Part shown: positions 30,622 through 40,963 of the stretch, piece by piece | Position numbering within the stretch: position 1 is the stretch's first letter | Layout: every line of letters starts with the position of its first letter | From: an uncultured Sphingomonadaceae bacterium | Lineage (GTDB): Bacteria > Pseudomonadota > Alphaproteobacteria > Sphingomonadales > Sphingomonadaceae | Length of the DNA: 64,000 nt | Direction: 5' to 3' | NCBI GenBank assembly: GCA_947497315.1 | Contig: CANMFX010000005.1 | Location: 14,873-78,872 of the forward strand | The notes under the pieces: generated by a model | What the model was told of the DNA's origin: nothing | Seen by the model: only the letters and a program-made list of their open reading frames with translations | Database searches by the model: none | Made by a program: the position numbers and the translations under genes

Positions 30622-31163
30622 AAATTACCTGCTGCCTTCAGTTGATGTGAAAAGCAATCTTTGTGATGAAAATCCGGCTTTCCGGGAGGATGAGACAAAG
30701 CCCAATAGGATTTGGGGCCGCTATTTTCCGCGATCACAGCCGAAAAAGATGCGTTGAGAGGGACCTCCCCCCAGATATCCGGCAACCCCAGCGTGATTTC
30801 AACAGCAACATGAGAATCGCTTATATCCAGAGAGATATCTGGTGGCGTTGGCAATTGCAGATGCCTCATGCCGTCGCGATAATTTGAAAACTGATAGGCG
30901 GCCCACTGGCTGGAAGGCGAAAAGTTAAACTCGCAATATCTGTTGGCCGATGATTCTTGCAGGAATAGCTCGAAACAGGTGGTTTGCCACAGTCCGTCAG
31001 TGCGTTGTGCTTCTGTCCACTCTGGTAGATCAAGATCATGAAGCAGCCCTTCGGCATGATATCTCAGCCACAGGCTTTCGTGATCTTTCCATTCATAGAT
31101 CAGGGAAATTTCGTCCACCACAGAGACGGGCGTCAAAGGATGGCATTGCAGGTCTAAACGCAT
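30618..31163 (-). CDS. DOMON-like domain protein
   Basis: [44 protein letters not shown]; overlaps the namZ start (ATGA). Start refined to 31163. Confidence 0.8.
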   Translation of the reverse strand: MRLDLQCHPLTPVSVVDEISLIYEWKDHESLWLRYHAEGLLHDLDLPEWTEAQRTDGLWQTTCFELFLQESSANRYCEFNFSPSSQWAAYQFSNYRDGMRHLQLPTPPDISLDISDSHVAVEITLGLPDIWGEVPLNASFSAVIAENSGPKSYWALSHPPGKPDFHHKDCFSHQLKAAGNL

Positions 31164-31201
31164 ATTGCGAGTTTCCTCTGCTGCATGTAACGAACCACTC
31201 C

Positions 31202-32434
31202 ATGACCAATTATCAATCTGATCTCCTCCGCTTACTGAATGATCGCGGCTATATCCACCAATTAACCGATGCAGACGGGTTGGATGCTGCTGCATCCGAG
31301 ACGATTATACCTGGATATATCGGATTTGATGCCACGGCGCCGTCTCTGCACGTCGGTAGCTTGGTCCAGATCATGATGCTGCGCCGTATGCAGCAAGCTG
31401 GCCACAAACCGATTGTCGTTATGGGCGGCGGCACAACCAAAGTGGGTGATCCTTCTGGCAAAGACGAGAGCCGGAAGATGCTCAGCGCGGAAGATATTGA
31501 TCAGAATATCGCGAGCATCAGGCGGATTTTCGACAGCTTCCTGACATTCGGCGATGGTCCGACCGATGCCGTCATGATCAACAATGCTGATTGGCTTGAT
31601 GCCCTGCAATATGTCGATTTTCTGCGCGATATTGGACCGCATTTCACGATCAACCGGATGTTGACATTCGACTCGGTGAAGCTCCGTCTGGACCGGGAAC
31701 AGCCCCTCACCTTCCTGGAATTTAACTACATGATTCTCCAGGCTTATGACTTTCTAGAGCTATCCCGGCGCAATGCATGCCGGCTGCAACTGGGCGGGTC
31801 TGACCAATGGGGCAATATTGTAAACGGCATTGAGCTCACACGGCGCATTGATGGCAAACAGTTATTTGGCCTGACGACACCTTTGATCACCACCGCCGAT
31901 GGCGGAAAGATGGGCAAAACAGCCAGCGGAGCCGTGTGGCTGAACGCCGACCAACTCGCTCCTTACGATTACTGGCAGTTTTGGCGGAATACACAAGACG
32001 CCGACGTTGGCCGGTTTTTGAAACTTTTCACCGACATTGATCTTGATGAAATCGGCCGGCTCGAGGTTTTGCAAGGTTCCGAGATAAATGAGGCCAAGAA
32101 AGTCCTTGCAGATGCAGCAACGGCAATGGCGCATGGCGAAAATGCGGCAAGAGATGCGGCGAGCACGGCCCAACAGACGTTCGAGCAAGGCAATGCCGGC
32201 GGCGATCTACCGGTTTTTGAAGTGGCCGACAGTGAAATTTCTATCCTCAACGCCTTGGTAAATATCGGCTTTTGCGCGTCCAAGGGCGAGGCAAAGCGGA
32301 TGGTCGCAGGCGGCGGTGCGCGCATAGATGATGAACCCATCAAGGATGCGAGCGCGATGATCGCTGTAGCGGGCGACGATATCAAAATTTCCGCTGGTAA
32401 GAAGAAGCACGGGCTTTTGCGACGCGCAGTTTAA
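31202..32434 (+). CDS. tyrS: Tyrosine--tRNA ligase
   Basis: [15 protein letters not shown] (HIGH-like), [17 protein letters not shown] (KMSKS-like), C-terminal S4 domain. Start refined to ATG 31202. Confidence 0.97.
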   Translation: MTNYQSDLLRLLNDRGYIHQLTDADGLDAAASETIIPGYIGFDATAPSLHVGSLVQIMMLRRMQQAGHKPIVVMGGGTTKVGDPSGKDESRKMLSAEDIDQNIASIRRIFDSFLTFGDGPTDAVMINNADWLDALQYVDFLRDIGPHFTINRMLTFDSVKLRLDREQPLTFLEFNYMILQAYDFLELSRRNACRLQLGGSDQWGNIVNGIELTRRIDGKQLFGLTTPLITTADGGKMGKTASGAVWLNADQLAPYDYWQFWRNTQDADVGRFLKLFTDIDLDEIGRLEVLQGSEINEAKKVLADAATAMAHGENAARDAASTAQQTFEQGNAGGDLPVFEVADSEISILNALVNIGFCASKGEAKRMVAGGGARIDDEPIKDASAMIAVAGDDIKISAGKKKHGLLRRAV

Positions 32435-32520
32435 AAGTACGGATTTTTGTTACGCTGGTTTACCTTTTATTGGGGAAATTAGGTTAATTAAGGGTTTCAT
32501 CAATCGACGGAGCGTCCTTA

Positions 32521-32853
32521 ATGCCAAGCGTATCGAACAAAAAAATGCCCGAATTACGCCGCGCAACGCGTTTTCCGGTTGATTTCGAAACGATTTGCGA
32601 AACACGCAAAGATGGTGAGTTTTCTGTTAAACTGAGCAACATTTCCGCTCATGGCTGTCAGTTTATTCACGAGGTTGAACTCAACAAGGGTGACCGTGTT
32701 GTCGTTCGCCTTCCCATAGCAGGCCGTATCGAGGCATTTCTGGTATGGTCCCATAGTGGGCGTTCCGGTTTTGAGTTTGAGCGCGTTATCCGCGAGCCGG
32801 ATTTTGTAGCTCTGCTTGATCAGATCGGACATTCCGAACCAGGCCAAGGCTAA
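32521..32853 (+). CDS. Stand-alone PilZ-domain c-di-GMP receptor
   Basis: RxxxR (RRATR) and N/DxSxxG (NISAHG) both intact. Confidence 0.85.
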   Translation: MPSVSNKKMPELRRATRFPVDFETICETRKDGEFSVKLSNISAHGCQFIHEVELNKGDRVVVRLPIAGRIEAFLVWSHSGRSGFEFERVIREPDFVALLDQIGHSEPGQG

Positions 32854-34904
32854 CCGCTGCGGATCAGGCTGACACCCCAATCTCTCTCGAACAGATATAG
32901 TGCGATACGGGCCGCCTGACCACGCTCGCTGCTCAGTCCGCCATCTCTATCCAGTAACAGCCGCGCGTCGTCGGTAGCAGCCGAAATCAGCTGCGATATC
33001 TGGTCCGGCGTTGCTATCCGAAAGCCGGCATCACCGGATTGCCGCGTACCCAGTAACTCGCCGGCGCCGCGCAACCGCAGATCTTCTTCGGCGATCTTGA
33101 AACCGTCATTGGTTTCCCGCAGCAAGGACAGGCGCGCCCGAGCCGTTTCGCTAAGCGTGTCACCGCGCAGCAAAAGGCAATTGGATTTCACATCCCCCCT
33201 GCCCACACGGCCGCGCAACTGATGCAGTTGCGCCAAGCCGAAACGATCGGCAGCTTCGATGATCATCAGGCTGGCATTGGGTACATCCACCCCAACTTCG
33301 ATAACGGTAGTCGCAACCAAGAGCCGGGTTTCGCCGCGCTGGAATTTTTCCATCACGGCATCTTTCTCAGGCCCTTTCATGCGCCCGTGAACAAGTCCGA
33401 CCTGATCGCCAAATCGCAGTTTCAAGGCGGCGGCGCGCTCTTCTGCGGCAGCCAGATCGCTTTTTTCGCTCTCTTCCACCAAAGGACAGACCCAATAAGC
33501 TTGGCCACCGCCCGCGATATGACGGCCAAGCCCATCCACGACTTCTGACAGCCGGGCGTCTGAAATCACCCGTGTTTCGATGGCCTGACGCCCCGGCGGC
33601 AATTCATCAATGCGCGACACGTCCATCTCACCATATTGACTCAGCGTCAAAGTGCGGGGAATGGGCGTTGCCGTCATGGCGAGCAGATGCGGCGTGTTTT
33701 CAGCTTTCTGGGTCAGCATCAGGCGCTGTGACACGCCGAATTTATGCTGTTCATCGATAATCGCGACGGCAAGCTTCTTATACTGCACTTTTTCCTGAAA
33801 AATCGCGTGCGTGCCGACAAGGATATCGATCGAACCATCGGCAAGCCCCATCAGGGTAGACTCTCGAATCTTTCCCTTGTCACGCCCCGTCAGGATCGCA
33901 AGATTAACAGGGAGCCCGGTGAGAAGCTTTTGCAGTCCTTCAAAATGCTGCCGCGCCAGGATTTCCGTCGGCGCCAGAAAGGCACCCTGATAACCAGCCT
34001 CAACCGCGCTCAGCAACGCCATCAGGGCAACCAATGTTTTCCCTGAACCCACATCACCTTGCAGAAGCCGAAGCATTGGCGAGGATTGCGCCAGATCGCC
34101 TTCAATTTCCGATATGCACCGCTTTTGCGCGCCGGTCAGCTCGAAAGGCAGTTTGATCTGATCCCGCAGGCGCCCGTCACCTTGGATCGGAATGCCTTTC
34201 TTGCGGCGATTGCTTGCGCGGACAAGCATGAAAGCCAGTTGATTGGCAAAAATCTCGTCATAGGCGAGCCGGTCGGTATTTTCGGCATCTTCCCGGCTGT
34301 GCAGAGATACAATGCTTTCCCGCCAACCTTCCCATTTTTTGGATTCGAGCAAGCTCGGCTCGATCCATTCCGGCAGTTGCGGCGCCATATCCACAGCTTG
34401 CGTGACCAACTGTCCCATGCGTTTATTACCCAAACCATCAGACAGCGGATAAATCGGCTCAACCAGCGCAATATCTTTCTCTTCGGCCAGTTCCAGAACA
34501 TCAGGATGCAGCATCTGCAGTTCGTCACCATAACGTTCCAGCTTGCCCGAGATGATCTTGCTCTCGCCAAGTGGCAGCAATTTCTTTGGCCAGCCAGTGT
34601 TCCGTCCAAAAAAGGTCAGGCTGATATAATTGCCCTGCGCATCGGTTGCCTGCACCCGAAACGGGCTTCGCGGTCCGCCGCTGCGATAGTCTGCCGGTGT
34701 CACTTCCGCGATAATCGTCAGGCCGACATCTGCTTCGTCCAGCTCCTGCACGCGTTTGCGCCGCATCCAATAGCTCGGTTTATGATAGAGCAGATCCTTC
34801 ACACGCGTCAGGCGCAGTTTCTCCAGTGGCTTGGCAAGCGCTTTGCCAACGCCTTTGAGTGACTGTGTTTCGCCAAATAATGGATTGAGTATCTCGGGCC
34901 GCAT
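32850..34904 (-). CDS. recG: ATP-dependent DNA helicase RecG
   Basis: N-terminal wedge domain, LLQGDVGSGKT, DEQH, MTATPIPRTL, LHQLRGRVGR. Start refined to 34904. Confidence 0.97.
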   Translation of the reverse strand: MRPEILNPLFGETQSLKGVGKALAKPLEKLRLTRVKDLLYHKPSYWMRRKRVQELDEADVGLTIIAEVTPADYRSGGPRSPFRVQATDAQGNYISLTFFGRNTGWPKKLLPLGESKIISGKLERYGDELQMLHPDVLELAEEKDIALVEPIYPLSDGLGNKRMGQLVTQAVDMAPQLPEWIEPSLLESKKWEGWRESIVSLHSREDAENTDRLAYDEIFANQLAFMLVRASNRRKKGIPIQGDGRLRDQIKLPFELTGAQKRCISEIEGDLAQSSPMLRLLQGDVGSGKTLVALMALLSAVEAGYQGAFLAPTEILARQHFEGLQKLLTGLPVNLAILTGRDKGKIRESTLMGLADGSIDILVGTHAIFQEKVQYKKLAVAIIDEQHKFGVSQRLMLTQKAENTPHLLAMTATPIPRTLTLSQYGEMDVSRIDELPPGRQAIETRVISDARLSEVVDGLGRHIAGGGQAYWVCPLVEESEKSDLAAAEERAAALKLRFGDQVGLVHGRMKGPEKDAVMEKFQRGETRLLVATTVIEVGVDVPNASLMIIEAADRFGLAQLHQLRGRVGRGDVKSNCLLLRGDTLSETARARLSLLRETNDGFKIAEEDLRLRGAGELLGTRQSGDAGFRIATPDQISQLISAATDDARLLLDRDGGLSSERGQAARIALYLFERDWGVSLIRSG

Positions 34905-34995
34905 GTCTATCCGCCTTATACGCAAGCGGGATCAATATACCAGACAGAGTCCCTGCGCATACATGCAATAACAAGGCAAAGGCTCAGGAGCAGAT

Positions 34996-35262
34996 ATGGA
35001 ACGCGAAGTCAGGCTTAAACGGCTCCATTTTCGCAGCTGGCATCGGGGCACCCGGGAAGCCGACAATATGATCGGCGGGTTTTTCGACAAATGGGGGCAG
35101 ACCTGGTCGGAAGCGGAAATCGACTGGTTTGAAAAACTGCTTGAGGAAGAGGATGTCGACATCATGGCCTGGGCGATCGGCAAGCAAACACCGCCAGAGC
35201 AGTTTCAGAACGACCAGATGACGGCCATGCAACAGCTCGATTACTTCGACTTCACCAAATGA
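34996..35262 (+). CDS. sdhE: Succinate dehydrogenase flavinylation factor SdhE/Sdh5
   Basis: RLKRLHFRSWHRGTREAD carrying the RGxxE motif; AGGAG RBS. Confidence 0.9.
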   Translation: MEREVRLKRLHFRSWHRGTREADNMIGGFFDKWGQTWSEAEIDWFEKLLEEEDVDIMAWAIGKQTPPEQFQNDQMTAMQQLDYFDFTK

Positions 35263-35297
35263 AAACCTTCAAGTTAAGAATGATATAGATTCCATAA

Positions 35298-38200
35298 GTG
35301 CCTTATTTAGATAAATTATTATCCGCAGAAGGCGGAATGACGCTTGCTGGTGTAACAGCGGGATATCGCCCCTATTGTCTGGCGGATATTGCCATACAGT
35401 CCGGCAAGCGAACCGTTTTCATTGCAACCGATGATGCTGCGATGAGTGCCGTGGCAGAAGCGGCGCGTTATTTTCAACCGGAACTGGACATCATTGAATT
35501 TCCGGCTTGGGATTGCCTGCCCTATGACCGTGCATCGCCTGCTTTGCACACAACTTCAGAACGTTTGGCAGGCCTTTCCCGCCTAGCGGCCCCTTCCTCG
35601 GGCGGCCAGCTTGTGATTACGACTGCAAATGCGGTGACACAAAGGGTTTTGACTCCGGAACGGGTAAAAGAGCTGGTCACGCGACTGGCGCCCGGCACCG
35701 TGATTGAACAGGAAAAACTTGTTTCCTTTCTCTATGCCAATGGCTTTGTTCGGGTGGATACAGTTGCGGATAGCGGTGAATTTGCCGCGCGCGGCGGGTT
35801 GATTGATCTGTTTCCCCCGGGCGCCGACATGCCGCTGCGTATCGATCTCTTTGGCGACGAGATAGATACGTTGCGCCAGTTCGATCCCGCCGATCAGCGC
35901 ACTATCGGCAATATCGACGGCTTTGATCTGTTGCCTGTTTCCGAAGTTTTGCTGGATGAAGACAGCATCACCCGTTTCCGGACCCGTTATCGCGAGCTGT
36001 TTGGTGCGGTTGCTACCAGTGATCCACTGTATCAATCTCTCTCGGAGGGTCGGCGGCTGTCCGGGATGGAGCATTGGCTCCCATTGATCGAAGAAAATCT
36101 GGCGAGCTTCTTTGCTTATCTTGCGGAGGACGCGCTGGTTTTTCGCGATGCAGCAGTTACGGCAGCTGCAGACGCGCAATTTTCCTCGATCCAGGACTAT
36201 TACAAGAACCGGCAGGAAGCGGACAAAGCGAATCTTTCGAGCTATCGCCCCCTGAAGCCTGAAATGCTGTATCTTGAACCTGCAGAATGGCGAGAACAAC
36301 AGACCAACGGGCCCATTCACATTATCAGCGAGTTTGATGAACCAGAATCATCGACCGTTCTATCTCTCTCCGTGTCTTCGCCTCGCGACTTCTCACCCGA
36401 ACGTGCGCGTAACGAGAATATCTACAAGGCTTTGGCCGCACATCTGAACACACTCACAAAAACTGGTACAACTGCTGTTGTCGCAAGCTACAGCAAAGGA
36501 TCCCGCGCCCGGCTTTTTGACTTGCTGAAAGATCACGACATCAAGACGGCAATGCTCTGTGACGACTGGAAATCCTGCAGTACGGCCGAGGCGGCGGTTG
36601 CCTTGACGGTATTGCCTCTGGCGGCTGGTTTTCGCACAGACAGTCTGGCTTTGCTCACCGAACAGGATATTTTCGGCGACCGGTTGGTGCGTAAGTCCAA
36701 ACGGCGGAAAAGCGGTGATGCATTCCTCGCGGAACTGTCAGCGCTCAGTCAGGGCGATCTGGTCGTTCATCTGGAGCACGGAATCGGTCTCTATGAAGGA
36801 ATTGTCTCGATCCCGGTCGGTGAGAGCCCCCATGATTGTGTCTCCCTGAAATATGCCGGTGGAGACAAATTATTTGTTCCGGTGGAAAATATCGACGTTC
36901 TCAGCCGCTATGGCGAAGGCGGCGAAACTGTCGTGCTGGATCGTCTGGGTGGAGAGGGCTGGCAGCGACGAAAATCCAAGCTTAAAGAACGCATCAGGGC
37001 GATTGCGCATGAATTGCTCAAGACCGCTGCCGCCCGGGCGTTGCAACCGGCGACACCGGCACGGATTGAAGCCGGTGACATGGCCGGTTTTGTTGATCGC
37101 TTTCCTTATCAAGAAACGGACGATCAACAACAGGCCATCGAGGAAGTCCTCGGCGATATGGGATCGGGCAAGGCAATGGACCGGCTGGTCTGCGGTGACG
37201 TCGGATTTGGCAAGACCGAAGTCGCCATGCGTGCTGCTTTTGCCGCAGCCATGGCCGGCATGCAGGTGGCCATTATCGCTCCCACAACTTTGCTCGCCCG
37301 CCAGCATTTTACCAATTTTGAAGAGCGCTTTCGCCCCTTTCCCCTCAATATTGGCCGGTTGTCCAGACTGGTACCGGCGGCAGAAGCGAAGAAAACGAAA
37401 GAAGGCATGGCCAATGGCAATATTGATATTGTTATCGGCACCCATGCTTTGCTGGCTAAATCCGTTGAGTTTCAGCGCCTTGGACTGATCATCGTAGATG
37501 AAGAACAAAGATTCGGTGTCACCCATAAAGAGCGATTGAAGGCGATGAAATCGGACGTCCATGTCCTGACCCTCACCGCAACGCCGATCCCGCGAACCTT
37601 GCAAATGGCGATGACCGGTTTGCGTGAGCTATCGGTCATTCAGACACCGCCTGTAGATCGGTTGGCAGTGCGCACATATGTTATGCCTTGGGACCCAATT
37701 CCTCTACGCGAAGCATTGATGCGCGAGCATTATCGAGGCGGACAGAGCTTCATCGTCGTACCGCGCATTGCGGATCTGCCGGAAATTCAGGAATTTCTGA
37801 AAGAATATGTGCCTGACATCACCTATGTTGTCGCCCATGGCCAGATGCCTCCGGCGCAGGTGGAAGAACGCATGTCGGCTTTTTACGACAAGAAATATGA
37901 TGTTCTGCTGGCCACAACCATTGTTGAAAGCGGCCTGGACATACCCAGCGCCAATACCCTGATCATCCATCGAGCCGATCGCTTCGGCCTTGCGCAACTC
38001 TATCAGCTTCGCGGGCGGGTTGGTCGGTCCAAGACGCGGGCCTATGCCTATATGGTCACACCAAAGGACAGGATCATCACCGAAAAGGCTGAAAAACGCC
38101 TGAAAATTCTCGGTGATCTCGACAGTCTGGGTGCGGGCTTTGAGTTGGCCAGTCATGATCTCGATATTCGCGGAGCGGGCAATCTGCTGGGCGACGAGCA

Positions 38201-38768
38201 ATCCGGTCATATCCGGGAGGTAGGCTTCGAACTCTATCAATCGATGCTGGAAGACGCCATATTGGAAGCCAAGGCCAAGGGCGCCGGACTGGACGCAGAA
38301 ACCGAAAGCTTCTCGCCACAGATTACCGTCGATGCACCCATCCTGATCCCGGAAAATTACGTCCCCGATCTGTCACTCCGCATGGGGCTCTATCGGCGTA
38401 TGAACGGACTGGATAGTCATCAGGAAATTCAGGCCTTTGCAGCAGAAATGATCGACCGTTTCGGAGAGTTGCCGGTCGAAACCGACAATCTGCTCAAGCT
38501 GATGGAAATCAAACTGAACTGCGTCAAAGCCCATATTGCCAAGATTGAAATGGGGCCGCGCGGCGCATTGGTGAGTTTTCACAAGGACAAGTTCCCAAAT
38601 GTTCCGGGACTGCTTGCCTATGCCGAGCGCCTCAAAGGAACGGCGCGGATCAGGCCGGATAACAAGCTGTTTATCGAACGGCGCTGGCGCGATCCCAAGT
38701 CGCGGCTTCATGGCCTCACGCAGCTGACCACGGGATTGTCAAAGCTTGCGCAGCAAAAAACGGGCTAG
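35298..38768 (+). CDS. mfd: Transcription-repair coupling factor Mfd
   Basis: UvrB-like N-terminus, CarD/RID domain (VVHLEHGIG), LVCGDVGFGKT, DEEQR, TRG motif DLDIRGAGNLLG. Confidence 0.98.
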   Translation: MPYLDKLLSAEGGMTLAGVTAGYRPYCLADIAIQSGKRTVFIATDDAAMSAVAEAARYFQPELDIIEFPAWDCLPYDRASPALHTTSERLAGLSRLAAPSSGGQLVITTANAVTQRVLTPERVKELVTRLAPGTVIEQEKLVSFLYANGFVRVDTVADSGEFAARGGLIDLFPPGADMPLRIDLFGDEIDTLRQFDPADQRTIGNIDGFDLLPVSEVLLDEDSITRFRTRYRELFGAVATSDPLYQSLSEGRRLSGMEHWLPLIEENLASFFAYLAEDALVFRDAAVTAAADAQFSSIQDYYKNRQEADKANLSSYRPLKPEMLYLEPAEWREQQTNGPIHIISEFDEPESSTVLSLSVSSPRDFSPERARNENIYKALAAHLNTLTKTGTTAVVASYSKGSRARLFDLLKDHDIKTAMLCDDWKSCSTAEAAVALTVLPLAAGFRTDSLALLTEQDIFGDRLVRKSKRRKSGDAFLAELSALSQGDLVVHLEHGIGLYEGIVSIPVGESPHDCVSLKYAGGDKLFVPVENIDVLSRYGEGGETVVLDRLGGEGWQRRKSKLKERIRAIAHELLKTAAARALQPATPARIEAGDMAGFVDRFPYQETDDQQQAIEEVLGDMGSGKAMDRLVCGDVGFGKTEVAMRAAFAAAMAGMQVAIIAPTTLLARQHFTNFEERFRPFPLNIGRLSRLVPAAEAKKTKEGMANGNIDIVIGTHALLAKSVEFQRLGLIIVDEEQRFGVTHKERLKAMKSDVHVLTLTATPIPRTLQMAMTGLRELSVIQTPPVDRLAVRTYVMPWDPIPLREALMREHYRGGQSFIVVPRIADLPEIQEFLKEYVPDITYVVAHGQMPPAQVEERMSAFYDKKYDVLLATTIVESGLDIPSANTLIIHRADRFGLAQLYQLRGRVGRSKTRAYAYMVTPKDRIITEKAEKRLKILGDLDSLGAGFELASHDLDIRGAGNLLGDEQSGHIREVGFELYQSMLEDAILEAKAKGAGLDAETESFSPQITVDAPILIPENYVPDLSLRMGLYRRMNGLDSHQEIQAFAAEMIDRFGELPVETDNLLKLMEIKLNCVKAHIAKIEMGPRGALVSFHKDKFPNVPGLLAYAERLKGTARIRPDNKLFIERRWRDPKSRLHGLTQLTTGLSKLAQQKTG

Positions 38769-40822
38769 TTGCTTCTCAAGGCAAATATCTCAAACTCCTC
38801 TGGCGATATGGGGCCGGACCGCAGAAATCCCTGAAAATATTCGCAACCTTCCCGGGCCAGGCTTTCCAGCTGCGCCTCGGTTTCTATACCTTCGGCAATG
38901 ACCGCCAGATCAAGGCTGCGCGCCATGCTAATGATCGATTTCACGACAACCTGGTCTTTGGTGGATCCGCTAATATCGCTGGTTAAACCGCTGTCGATTT
39001 TCAGATAATCCAGCGGGAGATTCTGAAGATAAGCAAGGCTGCTATACCCGGTCCCAAAATCGTCAATTGCAATGCGAACCTCCTGCTCCCTCAACGCGGC
39101 AAGACGTTCTGCCGCGGTGGACAGGTTTCCAATCAGTTCTGACTCCGTGACTTCAAGCGTTGTCCGCTTGGCGGAAAAGCCTGACTGCATGATGTTATCC
39201 ATAATGTTCTGGGCAAAATCAGGGGCAGCCAAATCTCCCGCTGTGACATTGACGGACAGGCGCAGGAACGACAGGCTATCCGGCCATTTGGCTGCTGTGG
39301 CGAAAGCGGCGTTGTGAATGTGCGATGACAGAAGTTTCATCAGACCGGCTCGTTCAGCCACAGAAAATAGCGTAGCCGCCCCCAAAAAACCCAGTTCAGG
39401 ATGATTCCAACGGGCAAGCGCCTCGGCACCGATCAGCTGTCCGTCATCCACTTTGATCTGTGGTTGCAGAGCGATCGTTATCTCATCACGCTCCAGCGCA
39501 TGGGCCAGATCACTTTCCAGCTTTTGCTCCAACAGGATGTTTTTTTCGGATGACCCGCTGACTTTGACGGGCACAGCATCAGACACCATTGTCTCTGCCA
39601 GGGCCAGAGTCGCTCGTCTAACCAGCAGCGTTTCATCTGATGAATCTCGTCCAACCGCGATGCCCGCGCGCGCTACAAGTCCGATTTTACGGCCTTCAAT
39701 AGAAATAGGTCCGAAATTGCGGGTTAAAAGCTGCTCTGCATAGCTGGCGAATTTTCCTGCCATATCGCCTAAATCACTATCCAGTGTCTTCGCGACGACA
39801 AAATTTTGGCCGTCCATTCTGGCAACCATACACTTGTCGGATGGCTCATCAATAGTCTCGGCAATCAACCGCTGACCGGTACGGCGCATGATTTCATCGC
39901 CAACAGCTCGCCCATAGGCCGCATTGATCGTTCCGAAATTCTTGAGACCGATGATCATCAGGCCAAGATTTTCACCTCGCTCCAAACGATCCCGCATCCA
40001 GCTTCGCGCCGCTGATCCGTTGCGCAAGCCTGACAAAAGATCGCGATCGGTCCAGCTGTGATTGGCCTCTTCTGCGGCGACACGTTCCAGACGGCCGTGA
40101 ATATAATCACCGGAAACATGCAAATGATGGATAATCTTTTTACCATTCAAAACATGAGACACAGCGGCCTGTGGAGCTCCGGTGCGTAGCCGCCCAAAGG
40201 CACCTCGAACCCTAAACCGCTCATCCGGCGAAAGAATGCGGTAAATGCCGGTGATGGGATAAGTATCAAAATCTACATTTTTCAGATTTTCCCGCAGTTG
40301 ATCGCTGACCCAGTTTTGCCGCAGTCCCGTTTTGCAAAAGGCCCATTTTTCCTCAGCCTGGGCGAGTAAGCTATTGAAATTCTGTGTGGCCTCCGAACCG
40401 CCACGAATATTTTCTACATAGCGATAGGCAAAATTTATGGCCGGCCCGATGTCCGCGTGCGGGTTGGAAATATCGAGGAAATGGGTGGCTCCGGCATCAT
40501 GACACTTAGCTGCGATATCTTTATGCGTGGCTTGATCGGCAAAAGCGAGGATTGCGATACCGCTATCATCCACCAGTGCAGCAATATCCGAAATCGCTTT
40601 CAAACCATCATCAACGGCTTCGCGCAGGTCGATAACGGCAATCAGGGCATTGGAAGACAGGAAACGTCCCGCCAGTTCATCCCGTCTGCGGGCCGAACTG
40701 ACGCGCCAACCCATTGCAGAAATTCTTGCTGCCATAGGGTCACGATCATGAAAGGACAGCAAGAATAAGTGCTTAGCGTCACTTTGACCGGAGATAGGTG
40801 AAGATTCCTGAATGACTTGCAA
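38765..40822 (-). CDS. Degenerate REC/GGDEF plus intact EAL protein (probable c-di-GMP phosphodiesterase)
   Basis: EAL motif (GAEALARW), DDFGTGYSSL and EGIET are present; the GGDEF position reads RMDGQNF. The start is uncertain (TTG 40822 or a downstream ATG). Confidence 0.85.
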   Translation of the reverse strand: MQVIQESSPISGQSDAKHLFLLSFHDRDPMAARISAMGWRVSSARRRDELAGRFLSSNALIAVIDLREAVDDGLKAISDIAALVDDSGIAILAFADQATHKDIAAKCHDAGATHFLDISNPHADIGPAINFAYRYVENIRGGSEATQNFNSLLAQAEEKWAFCKTGLRQNWVSDQLRENLKNVDFDTYPITGIYRILSPDERFRVRGAFGRLRTGAPQAAVSHVLNGKKIIHHLHVSGDYIHGRLERVAAEEANHSWTDRDLLSGLRNGSAARSWMRDRLERGENLGLMIIGLKNFGTINAAYGRAVGDEIMRRTGQRLIAETIDEPSDKCMVARMDGQNFVVAKTLDSDLGDMAGKFASYAEQLLTRNFGPISIEGRKIGLVARAGIAVGRDSSDETLLVRRATLALAETMVSDAVPVKVSGSSEKNILLEQKLESDLAHALERDEITIALQPQIKVDDGQLIGAEALARWNHPELGFLGAATLFSVAERAGLMKLLSSHIHNAAFATAAKWPDSLSFLRLSVNVTAGDLAAPDFAQNIMDNIMQSGFSAKRTTLEVTESELIGNLSTAAERLAALREQEVRIAIDDFGTGYSSLAYLQNLPLDYLKIDSGLTSDISGSTKDQVVVKSIISMARSLDLAVIAEGIETEAQLESLAREGCEYFQGFLRSGPISPEEFEIFALRSN

Positions 40823-40963
40823 TACCCTTTTATTCCATATTGGAGGCGCAAACCGATGCCAGTCCCCCTATTCTTTTCCATAGCGAGCAAACCTTTATAG
40901 CCCGTTGCCTGCTTCTAAACAAAACGCTAGGATTTAAGCCAAAGCTGCAGTGGAAAAAACATA

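Noticed and set aside
30950-31201. N-terminal extension of the tyrS ORF
   Set aside because: It overlaps the divergent DOMON-like gene; the TyrS-like sequence starts at 31202.
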